From: Candidatus Methylomirabilis sp.
GTDB lineage: Bacteria > Methylomirabilota > Methylomirabilia > Methylomirabilales > Methylomirabilaceae
Assembly (NCBI GenBank): GCA_041498975.1
Contig: JBGQJI010000037.1
Coordinates: 1-18,412 of the forward strand
Length of the DNA: 18,412 nt
Reading direction: 5' to 3'
Under the pieces are notes generated by a model, which did no database searches, had not been told where the DNA came from, and saw only the letters and a list, made by a program, of their open reading frames with translations. The position numbers and the translations under genes were made by a program. Shown here in pieces: positions 1 to 6,826 of the stretch. Numbering within the stretch: the first letter of the stretch is position 1; the number at the start of each line of letters is the position of its first letter.

Positions 1-199
1 CCTGGATCATCAGGAGGCTATTGAGCCCAGGCATCTCCAGATCGAGCACCAACAGATCGGCATCTATGATCTCGACCGCCCCCAGAACCTCCAAGCCGGA
101 CTCACAGACCGTCACGCGAGACCCATCCCGATCGAACGCTCCAGAGGCCGCGTCCACCAGCTCCCGACTATTCGAACACACGATAATGTGCATGCTCAT
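1..199 (-). CDS. Response-regulator receiver-domain protein, atypical (5' part; runs off the window)
   Basis: Manual translation from ATG at 199: MSMHIIVCSNSRELVDAASGAFDRDGSRVTVCESGLEVLGAVEIIDADLLVLDLEMPGLNSLLMIQ. The DLLVLDLEMPGLN segment is the receiver beta3/phospho-Asp motif. Absent from the ORF track because it is truncated. Confidence 0.8.
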   Translation of the reverse strand, partial: MSMHIIVCSNSRELVDAASGAFDRDGSRVTVCESGLEVLGAVEIIDADLLVLDLEMPGLNSLLMIQ

Positions 200-236
200 C
201 TAGAAAACCCTTGTCTGCCCAGTCGGTACTCCAAAG

Positions 237-252
237 AGCAAAGGACATACCA
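237..252 (-). promoter_or_regulatory. Sigma-54 (-24/-12) promoter
   Basis: Minus strand TGGTATGTCCTTTGCT fits TGGCAC-N5-TTGCW with exact GG-N10-GC spacing, about 40 bp upstream of the ATG at 199. Confidence 0.65.
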
Positions 253-361
253 GCCAATGAAGGGGAGGCGAACCGGTCAGCATCTTTCGCCAACTGGTTG
301 GAAGTACAGCAGAGAAGCGGAATTAGCAGAAAATCAGAAGTTATTGGGTTCCCTGCAAGGG

Positions 362-397
362 GTAGGATTTTTTCCGGGGGGCTCGGAGTTTTTCCGA
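362..397. promoter_or_regulatory. Tandem palindromic enhancer-like sites for a sigma-54 activator
   Basis: GTAGGATTTTTTCCG (362-376) and TCGGAGTTTTTCCGA (383-397), 21 bp apart and about 110-145 bp upstream of the -24 element. Confidence 0.5.
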
Positions 398-458
398 TCT
401 GAACTTAGAGCCAAGATGAGGTCAAGGCCTGAGAAACTGAAGCCAATAGGCCCATGCT

Positions 459-1580
459 TCAATGGGTCCCCCTGGACCATTCAAACGACTGCCGAATGAG
501 CGGTTGAGCATCCTTCAGGCGCTCGATAGTGTTGATCGCAAGCTCAACATCTCCAACTCCCCAGTGGCCCACCTTGGACATATCTCGAGCGAACTCCGGG
601 GGATCGGTAAGTTCGGAGTACTTCAATTTGACCCACACCCTAAGCCCGCTCTGCTGCAGGTGGGCACAACAAAATATGCGCTTACCCTCAGACCAGCTCA
701 CGTACTTAGCAAGGTGTCGCCGGGTGATAGCTCCAGGGCTCAGGTCCAGACAGAACCTATCGATTGCGCGATAGAGTTCAACCACCTCTCGCGGCCTGCC
801 AGAAGTATGGAACCCTTCACCATAATCCTTTACTTTTTCAGCCGCTTCTTTCACAGAACTTTTGGAGATCGGCAGTGCAGGTTTACCAACTTCACCGACA
901 CGCGGAACCACGCTTTTGCCTTCCCACAGGAGCCGGAGGGCCGAACGAATCTGTGTCGGCTTAAGCTTCTCGTCGCCAGTGGCTTTTCGGACCAAGCGGA
1001 GCAAATTCTCAGGGGGTTCACTGAATAGCTTATCCAGTGCCTTTCTCACCTTGCCGGTTGTGAAGATTTCTTCGCCGACCTTATCCAAAATGCCCTGAGC
1101 CATGGACTCTTGCGAAAGCCTCAATAGCTGCGCAGCAATCTGATGTAGAGCAATACCTTCGCTTCGGCGCGGGTCAATTGATACTTCAAAGAGTAGCTTT
1201 TCGGGGGCGGCAGCTTTTTCTGAACTCTTGTAAACCTTATATATGACGCCGTTGGTGAGCCCGCACCATTCGATACCGTCGTTGGCAGCATATCCGACAA
1301 CTTGAGTGATTGCCTTGACATCTTCAAGCGGATCATCGAGTTGTTTTGCCTCCAAGAGGAACACCGCCTTTCGATTGATCTTCAGGGCGTAGTCGACAGC
1401 TTTTCCATCAATAGTCGGATATTCAAGCTGAACACTATCGGGATCCCGGACATCCCATCCGAGAGCACCAAGTAATGGGTCAATGAAGATGGTACGCGTC
1501 GGATACTCTTTGAGGCCGGACAGACGATGTTTCTCCAGTTGTCGCCGAAGGTCCTCAATACAAGCCTCCAAGCGCGCCAT
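459..1580 (-). CDS. Type I restriction enzyme HsdR N-terminal-like PD-(D/E)xK nuclease with C-terminal DUF5655-like domain (373 aa)
   Basis: ATG at 1580 with GAGGAG RBS. N-terminal motifs: EYPTRTIFIDPLLGALGWD, EYPT...VDYAL...LLEAK, QVVGYA, LTNG. C-terminal motif RDMSKVGHWGVGDVEL is typical of DUF5655. Confidence 0.8.
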   Translation of the reverse strand: MARLEACIEDLRRQLEKHRLSGLKEYPTRTIFIDPLLGALGWDVRDPDSVQLEYPTIDGKAVDYALKINRKAVFLLEAKQLDDPLEDVKAITQVVGYAANDGIEWCGLTNGVIYKVYKSSEKAAAPEKLLFEVSIDPRRSEGIALHQIAAQLLRLSQESMAQGILDKVGEEIFTTGKVRKALDKLFSEPPENLLRLVRKATGDEKLKPTQIRSALRLLWEGKSVVPRVGEVGKPALPISKSSVKEAAEKVKDYGEGFHTSGRPREVVELYRAIDRFCLDLSPGAITRRHLAKYVSWSEGKRIFCCAHLQQSGLRVWVKLKYSELTDPPEFARDMSKVGHWGVGDVELAINTIERLKDAQPLIRQSFEWSRGTH

Positions 1581-1802
1581 AAACAACTCCTCTCTCTCGA
1601 AGATACATATTGAAACCGATGCGGTATTCGAACGGTGGTGATGCGATTCTACTCCTATCGCATCAATGAAGGCAAGACGCTTCGAGGATGCTTCGGAAGG
1701 CATCTTCATCGAGAAGCTGCGCGCCGCTGGGCAACTCGCCCATCCTCTCTCACCCATCGCTCTTTTCAAGTCATTCTTCACCTCCCTCAGTATCCCCGCG
1801 CC

Positions 1803-1849
1803 TTGACATTCACGGGTCAGCAAGGTATCCTTACAACAAGGAGGTAAGG
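1803..1849 (+). promoter_or_regulatory. Sigma-70 promoter and probable operator of the TA operon
   Basis: TTGACA (1803-1808), 17 bp spacer, TATCCT (1826-1831). Inverted repeats AAGG-TAT-CCTT and CCTTAC...GTAAGG (1829-1849) overlap the -10 and RBS. Confidence 0.7.
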
Positions 1850-1852
1850 AAG

Positions 1853-2092
1853 ATGCTGGCCAAGAAGACCTCGAAGAACCAGATCACGCTGCCCAAGAAG
1901 GTAGTGGAGGCGCTGCCACCAACCGAGTACTTTGACGTCACCGTCCGGGAGGAGGAGGTGGTGTTGAGACCCGTGGCGATGACCGCGCCCGGCGAGCGGC
2001 TCCGCGAAGTCCGAGAGAAAATCCGGCGGCTCGGCCTGACGGAGGCAGATCTGACCGCTGCCATCCGCTGGGCCCGGGGCAAGCGGAGGTGA
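1853..2092 (+). CDS. AbrB/MazE/SpoVT-family antitoxin (79 aa)
   Basis: MLAKKTSKNQITLPKKVVEAL...YFDV...VVLRP swapped-hairpin pattern. RBS upstream of the ATG at 1853. GTGA overlap with the PIN gene. Confidence 0.88.
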   Translation: MLAKKTSKNQITLPKKVVEALPPTEYFDVTVREEEVVLRPVAMTAPGERLREVREKIRRLGLTEADLTAAIRWARGKRR

Positions 2093-2496
2093 GCCGGGCC
2101 GTCCTCGACACGAACGTCATCCTGTCGGCGCTCCTGTTTGGCGGCCGCACGGGCGGCTTGGTCAGTGCGTGGCAGACGGGGCGATTCCAGCTCCTTCTCC
2201 CCCGAGCGATCCTCGAGGAACTCCTCCGCGTCCTGGCCTATCCGAAGTTCCAATTGACCGAGGGGGAGATTCGTGGGCTCATTGAAGAGGAGCTGGTCCC
2301 GTTTGCAGAAACCGTGATCGTCCGGCGCCAGCTTGCCGTTCGGCTTCGCGATCCGGACGATCTCGCTGTGGTAGCCTGTGCGCTGACAGGTCGCGCTAGG
2401 TATCTGGTCACTGGAGACGCCGATCTCCTCAGCCTGGAGCGCATTCGGCGGGTGGAGGTGATCCGCCCTGCGGAATTCATTGGCCACCTCGGCTAA
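2089..2496 (+). CDS. vapC: PIN-domain (VapC-like) toxin
   Basis: RAVLDTNVILSALL, ILEEL, RDPDD, YLVTGDADLL: acidic catalytic residues of the PIN_3 type. Coupled to the antitoxin gene. Confidence 0.9.
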   Translation: MSRAVLDTNVILSALLFGGRTGGLVSAWQTGRFQLLLPRAILEELLRVLAYPKFQLTEGEIRGLIEEELVPFAETVIVRRQLAVRLRDPDDLAVVACALTGRARYLVTGDADLLSLERIRRVEVIRPAEFIGHLG

Positions 2497-2515
2497 CGAG
2501 ACCCGCGGTTCAGGA

Positions 2516-2540
2516 AGGGCACAGCAAGCAGCGCCCCTAC
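2516..2540 (-). repeat. GTAG-type REP-like palindrome, copy 1
   Basis: Minus strand GTAGGGGCGCTGCTTGCTGTGCCCT, 24/25 identical to 10585-10609. Confidence 0.75.
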
Positions 2541-2622
2541 CATAAGGCATATGGGATTTCCTTCGCCTTGGGGCTAGTATATAATCTTACGGGCGACAAA
2601 CATCCAATGGTTGGAGAGACGC

Positions 2623-2901
2623 GTGAAGGTCAACTTTTATGCGACGCTGCGGCAGATCGTGGGAAGCAAGACGAAGGAGCTTCCTCTCCCCAAGGGAACG
2701 ACGGTTCGGCAGTTGATTGAGGGCGTTCTCTCCGATTATCCAGGTCTCAAGCCGATGCTGTTCGATGAAATGGGGAAACTTCACGGTCATGTTCATGTGT
2801 TTATCAACGGACGGGATGCTCCCTATCTGCATGGAGGTCTGGAAGCTACGCTGGCTCCCGACGACACCGTTGATATCTTTCCGGCCACGGGTGGCGGATG
2901 A
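2623..2901 (+). CDS. moaD: MoaD/ThiS/SAMP-like ubiquitin-fold sulfur carrier (92 aa)
   Basis: GTG at 2623 after GGAGAG. MKVNFYATLRQIVG...VFINGRD...VDIFPATGGG with C-terminal Gly-Gly. TATAAT at 2580-2585. Lies near aor. Confidence 0.9.
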   Translation: MKVNFYATLRQIVGSKTKELPLPKGTTVRQLIEGVLSDYPGLKPMLFDEMGKLHGHVHVFINGRDAPYLHGGLEATLAPDDTVDIFPATGGG

Positions 2902-3173
2902 GCGCCCCCGGCTCAGTAAAGGTCTATGATAGGGAAATCCGCGGCGTGCCGTTGTGGATGGTCCGAGAATACCTGGAGCAACTGGGCGGGCAGAGCAAGG
3001 TTGATGGGTGGCTGAAAGGCCCCGGCTGGAAGGCTCGTCTGACACCACTAGACGATTACCGAATCGGGTCGCTATGTGTCGGCCAGGTGCGACTGGAATT
3101 GCAAGGAGATGCCAAAGCCGTTGCAGAGGTGAGAGACGCCCTGGAGAAGAGGCTCCTTCGGGCAGGAGGCTAA
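2898..3173 (+). CDS. DUF1952-like (MoaD-related C-terminal domain) protein
   Basis: REIRGVPLWMVREYLEQLGG...GPGWKARL...KRLLRAGG. ATGA overlap with moaD. The pattern matches the Thermus/haloarchaeal DUF1952 family as I recall it. Confidence 0.72.
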   Translation: MSAPGSVKVYDREIRGVPLWMVREYLEQLGGQSKVDGWLKGPGWKARLTPLDDYRIGSLCVGQVRLELQGDAKAVAEVRDALEKRLLRAGG

Positions 3174-3186
3174 GGTTTGGAGGGAT

Positions 3187-3259
3187 CCCTCTCATCCTCG
3201 CCTTCTCCCCGTGATCGGGGAGAAGGGATGAATAGCGACTCCTCACCGGGGAAAAGGGA
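3187..3259 (+). repeat. CCCTCTC...CCTTCTCCCC-loop-GGGGAGAAGG palindromic intergenic repeat, possibly a bidirectional terminator
   Basis: CCTTCTCCCCG-TGAT-CGGGGAGAAGG hairpin between convergent genes, followed by a degenerate second half. Related copies at 6650-6686 and 6826-6868. Confidence 0.65.
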
Positions 3260-3278
3260 AAGAAAAGGTACCGTTCGC

Positions 3279-5093
3279 CTACGGGATCTGCAGGGCTTTC
3301 AGCTTTGCCTCGGGCACCACGCCGTTGACCCAGCCGCGCGCCTTGTAATACTCCTCCAGCATCTGTGGAAGCTCGCAGACATGCCCCTTCGAGCCTCCCA
3401 GGGTGGACGGTTCCTTGAGGAACCGCTCCGGTAGGTAGTCGCTGCCCTCGCGGAACCCGATCAGGTTGTTGTAGTAGCGCTCCAGGTTGTAGATCCGCTC
3501 GCCTGCCTTCAGGACATCATCGACCGTGAAGGGGACGCCGACCATGATGGAATACTGCTGGGCGTACTCCTCCGCGCCCTCGGCGAACGCGCTGAACTTG
3601 CAGAGGTCCAGGCTGTCGGAGAAGGCGTGCAGATCCTGCAACAGCTTCATCAGCTCGCCCTTACCCTTCCAGGCCAGCGGGTCGCTCTTGAGCGGGATCA
3701 GGCCGAGCTCGCTGGCGGGGGAGTAGCCGCGCAGGTGACAGGCGCCCCGGTTGCTCGTGGCGTAGCCAAGGCCCATGCCCTTCAGGCCGCGCGGGTCGTA
3801 CGCGGGCATGGACTGGCCCTTGACCGTCATGGAGATCTCGGGGTGGCCGAAGTGCTTAGCGAGCCGCTCCGCCCCCTCGGCCAGCATGCTGCCGATTCCC
3901 TCGCGGAAGGCGGTCCTGCGAACAGCCTCAACCATGCCCGGAACATCGCCCCAGCGCAGGCCGCCGGTGTTGGTGTAGCCCTTCTCCGTGGCTTCCATGT
4001 ACACGGAGAGGACGTTTCCCATCTCGATGGCATCGACGCCATAGTCATTGCACATGTCAATCAGCTTGGCGATTCCGCCAATGTCATCGTTGTCACAGTT
4101 CGAGCCGAAGGCCCAGGCAGGTTCGTACTCCACACTCTCCATCCGCAAGCCTGCGTACGGCCCCTCCTTGATCTCGACCTCCTTCTTGCAGGCGACCGGG
4201 CAGGCGTGGCAGGTAGGGTCATCCACCAGGATGTGCTCTTTGACGTACTCGCCGCTGATCCGCTCGCCTCTCCCACCGAACGATGCGAACTGGCTGTTGC
4301 GGGTGGGCAGGGCGCCGATGCTGTCGTTGATGTTCATGAGCACGTTGGTGCCGTAGACGGAGAGACCGCCCTTGCGCGGGCTAGTGATGTTCTTCTCGTC
4401 CATGATGGTAGCCAGGGCGCGCCGATGGGCCGGTTTCCAGGCCTGGAGATCCTTGGCCTTGGGCATCCGCTTCTCGGACTTGACGACCACGGCCTTCAGG
4501 TGTTTTGCGCCGCCGACGCACGCCGTGCCCCCACGCCCGCTGGCGCGGTCGTGTTCGTTGACCCAGCACGCGAAGCGCGAGAAGTGCTCGCCGGCCTGCC
4601 CGATAGCCATCACGCTCAGATCCTTCTCGCCATAGCGCTGCTTGAAGAAGCGCACGGTGTCGTGGACGCCCTTGCCCCATACCTCCCGGGCATCCAGGAT
4701 TTCCACCTGGTCGTCGTGGACGTAGGCATAGACCGGCTTCTCTGCCTTGCCCTTGAAGATCAGCCCGTCGAAGCCGGCCCAGCGAAGCCGTGCCGCCGAC
4801 CAGCCGCCGTGATGGCTGTCGGTGACCGTCCCGGTGAGCGGGGATTTGGTGACGATGGCCAGCCGCCCGCTCATGTTGGCCTCCGTGCCGGTCAGAGGCC
4901 CGTTCATGAAGCAAAGGATGTTGTCGGGCGACAATGGATCCACCTGAGGGCCGTTCTCGAAGACATAACGGACGCCGAGTCCGCGCGCCCCGATGTACTT
5001 CAGCGCCCATTCTTCGGGGATAGGTTTGTAAGCGACCTTGCCCGCGGTCAGGTCAACGTGGGCGATTCGATTAGCATACCCTCCGAGCGACAT
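3279..5093 (-). CDS. aor: Tungsten-dependent aldehyde:ferredoxin oxidoreductase (604 aa)
   Basis: ATG at 5093 after GGGAGGAGG. AFOR motifs: GYANRIAHVDL, KSPLTG, AGFDGL, GRGG, CHACPVAC ([4Fe-4S]), EYE, YDPRG, RGACH, DSLDLCKF. Confidence 0.95.
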   Translation of the reverse strand: MSLGGYANRIAHVDLTAGKVAYKPIPEEWALKYIGARGLGVRYVFENGPQVDPLSPDNILCFMNGPLTGTEANMSGRLAIVTKSPLTGTVTDSHHGGWSAARLRWAGFDGLIFKGKAEKPVYAYVHDDQVEILDAREVWGKGVHDTVRFFKQRYGEKDLSVMAIGQAGEHFSRFACWVNEHDRASGRGGTACVGGAKHLKAVVVKSEKRMPKAKDLQAWKPAHRRALATIMDEKNITSPRKGGLSVYGTNVLMNINDSIGALPTRNSQFASFGGRGERISGEYVKEHILVDDPTCHACPVACKKEVEIKEGPYAGLRMESVEYEPAWAFGSNCDNDDIGGIAKLIDMCNDYGVDAIEMGNVLSVYMEATEKGYTNTGGLRWGDVPGMVEAVRRTAFREGIGSMLAEGAERLAKHFGHPEISMTVKGQSMPAYDPRGLKGMGLGYATSNRGACHLRGYSPASELGLIPLKSDPLAWKGKGELMKLLQDLHAFSDSLDLCKFSAFAEGAEEYAQQYSIMVGVPFTVDDVLKAGERIYNLERYYNNLIGFREGSDYLPERFLKEPSTLGGSKGHVCELPQMLEEYYKARGWVNGVVPEAKLKALQIP

Positions 5094-5127
5094 CTTTGCC
5101 TCCTCCCGTACCACTGTATTGCCCTGA

Positions 5128-5175
5128 AGTTTACGGAACCGACATCGAGTTGTCAGATAGCTATTGCACCCTGAC
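5128..5175 (-). promoter_or_regulatory. Putative aor promoter with overlapping inverted repeat
   Basis: Minus strand CTGACA (5156-5151), 17 bp spacer, TAAACT (5133-5128). GTCAG-N14-CTGAC repeat at 5152-5175 overlaps the -35. Confidence 0.45.
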
Positions 5176-5204
5176 GCTGGCCTCCTTTTCTCAATTGCAC
5201 CAGG

Positions 5205-6083
5205 TTATCTCCCCGGAGGGAAGATCGCGATCTCGTCCTTCTCGTGAACCGGGACGTCGAATCCTCCCGCGTAGTTGAGGTCGCGACCGTTGAGCAGGAC
5301 TCGCCAGCCCGGGCGAGGGACATACGTGGGGGTCAGCTCGACCCAGTGAGCGTCGCTTCTCTCCTCGGAGTTCCAGACGCGCTCCAGTGCCTCTGCGCGG
5401 GCTTGCGGGTAATACTCGAAGAACTTGCCCAGCATATCGGCCATGCTCGCCCCGTCCCGGGTGCCCACCTGGATCTCCTGCGTGCCCAACAGGGGTCGCA
5501 GGCGACCATAGACCAAACAGCGAAGGGAGAAGCTCCCCTCCTCCAGCTTTCGCGCGATTCGGTACCCGAGCTGCATCTGGTTCAGTTGCACGGCCAGGTA
5601 CTTGCTCCAGGCAGCCATCGCCGCGGCAACCACTCCTGCCGGCAGGCCCGCCTCTGCCATGTAGCGAGCGAACGCCGCCTGCACCAGCCCGACGGAGCCC
5701 GTCACATATTCGGATGAGGTATGGATGTGGCGTGGGCCGTGTCCGGCGTGATACTTCCCGGCGCGAAACAGGTAGTGGGCGAACTCATCGCTGCTGTCCA
5801 GGCCCAGGGTGCGGGCGAGCCACACCGTGAAGAAGCGGCGACGCTCTTCCAGATGTGCCTCATCCACGCCCTTCTCCCAGCCCAAGATGGCCGCTGTTTC
5901 AGGCACCCGGCGCAGGTAGTCGTAGGTCTCCACCACCAGTTCCGGGCCGCGCCGAAAGAGAACTTCAACGGAACGCGAGGCTGCAACCTTGTCGTCGTCG
6001 CCCCACCCCACAAAGCTCAACATGCGTCGCCATTCGTCCTGGGGTTCCGGCGCCAGGTTGCGCAGCTCTAACCCGTCGTCCAT
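5205..6083 (-). CDS. Protoglobin (sensor globin) fused to a C-terminal MoaD/ThiS-like ubiquitin-fold domain (about 292 aa)
   Basis: N-terminus: MLSFVGW, ETYDYL (B10 Tyr), WL, RAGKYH (proximal His F8). C-terminus: LVYGRLRPLLG...VLLNGRD...DEIAIFPPGR, paralogous to the MoaD at 2623-2901. Probable ATG at 6083. Confidence 0.85.
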   Translation of the reverse strand: MDDGLELRNLAPEPQDEWRRMLSFVGWGDDDKVAASRSVEVLFRRGPELVVETYDYLRRVPETAAILGWEKGVDEAHLEERRRFFTVWLARTLGLDSSDEFAHYLFRAGKYHAGHGPRHIHTSSEYVTGSVGLVQAAFARYMAEAGLPAGVVAAAMAAWSKYLAVQLNQMQLGYRIARKLEEGSFSLRCLVYGRLRPLLGTQEIQVGTRDGASMADMLGKFFEYYPQARAEALERVWNSEERSDAHWVELTPTYVPRPGWRVLLNGRDLNYAGGFDVPVHEKDEIAIFPPGR

Positions 6084-6116
6084 TGTTCTCTCGTGTTTTC
6101 TCTGGAGCAGGTGTGG

Positions 6117-6164
6117 TCGCAAATCGGTGCGAGCATTGTACTTCTCGTCCGGCAGGGAAAGCAA
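6117..6164 (-). promoter_or_regulatory. Putative promoter of the globin-Ubl gene with downstream palindrome
   Basis: TTGCTT (6164-6159), 18 bp spacer, TACAAT (6140-6135). TCGCA-N6-TGCGA palindrome at 6117-6132. Confidence 0.45.
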
Positions 6165-6170
6165 CTGGTT

Positions 6171-6617
6171 TCAGCGGGCGAGGACCAGCCGATCGAGGCA
6201 GCTATTCCATCCCTTGTCGTGGTCGTCGCGCGCTTTCTCGGTCGGGAAGAGTTCGTGCGTGACGACGACTTCGGTGGAATTCCCCCGATCGCGAAATTCG
6301 ACCATCACGAGTGTTTCTCCGAGTTCGGGCTCCGACTCCCAACGCCACGTGTACACGAGCTTTCCCGGGGGACGAACTTCGCGGTACGTTCCGGAAAGGT
6401 AGAACACTTCCCCGTTCGGAAGCTTCCTCATCCCGAGGCGGTATTTTCCGCCTACCCGCAGGTCCAGTTCGGCGGTCGGCGTCGCATACCCAACGGGGCC
6501 CCACCACTTCTTCAGCTCTTCCGCGTCGGTCCATGCCCGGAAGACTTTTTCGCGCGGCGCCGCGAAGGTCCGCATGATGCGGAGCGTGTTCGCTGCGCTC
6601 GGATTCGGCTTGACCAT
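6171..6617 (-). CDS. SRPBCC/AHSA1-like (START-fold) domain protein (148 aa)
   Basis: ATG at 6617 after GAGGAGG. LRIMRTFAAPREKVFRAWTD...WWGP, DLRVGGKY, GTYREV.PP.KLVYTW, GWNSCLDRL. Confidence 0.92.
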   Translation of the reverse strand: MVKPNPSAANTLRIMRTFAAPREKVFRAWTDAEELKKWWGPVGYATPTAELDLRVGGKYRLGMRKLPNGEVFYLSGTYREVRPPGKLVYTWRWESEPELGETLVMVEFRDRGNSTEVVVTHELFPTEKARDDHDKGWNSCLDRLVLAR

Positions 6618-6649
6618 CGGCGTTCCTCCTCTGGCTTTGCTCCGGAAGT

Positions 6650-6686
6650 CCCCCTCACCTTCATCCTCTCCCCACTGGGGGAGAGG
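6650..6686 (+). repeat. CCCCTCACC...CCTCTCCCC-loop-GGGGAGAGG palindromic repeat
   Basis: CCCCCTCACCTTCATCCTCTCCCCACTGGGGGAGAGG, same family as 3187-3228. Confidence 0.65.
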
Positions 6687-6712
6687 AAATATGAGTTGAC
6701 TGTGACGCAGTT

Positions 6713-6826
6713 TCATTCCCATCTGCGCGGCGAAGGCGCATGAGGCATTGATCGGTTTAGATAGTGGGCGAGAGCGTCGCAATTCTCCTCCCAATGGCGC
6801 AGGTAGCGGGCGATGCGGTCGGCAGT
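6713..6826 (-). pseudogene. 3' remnant of an ArsR/SmtB-family regulator
   Basis: Minus-frame translation TADRIARYLRHWEENCDALAHYLNRS...* matches the C-terminal helix (WI.RYR.FWE..LDAL..YL) of ArsR regulators encoded upstream of SRPBCC genes. No HTH part or start codon lies upstream. Confidence 0.6.

Noticed and set aside
1581..1823. 81-aa N-terminal extension of the nuclease ORF
   Set aside because: It overlaps the divergent TA promoter. A good RBS and the domain start point to ATG 1580.
3627..5174. 515-aa plus-strand ORF, and similar long ORFs at 11244-12392, 14616-15599 and 15509-17332
   Set aside because: These are antisense shadows of GC-rich real genes and show no recognisable motifs.
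5094..5204. Possible Moco/Wco riboswitch upstream of aor
   Set aside because: The spacer is only about 110 bp, holds a likely promoter close to the start codon, and shows no convincing multi-stem structure. An Rfam scan would settle it.
6618..6794. 59-aa N-terminal extension of the SRPBCC ORF
   Set aside because: It crosses a repeat and the ArsR remnant. A strong RBS precedes ATG 6617.
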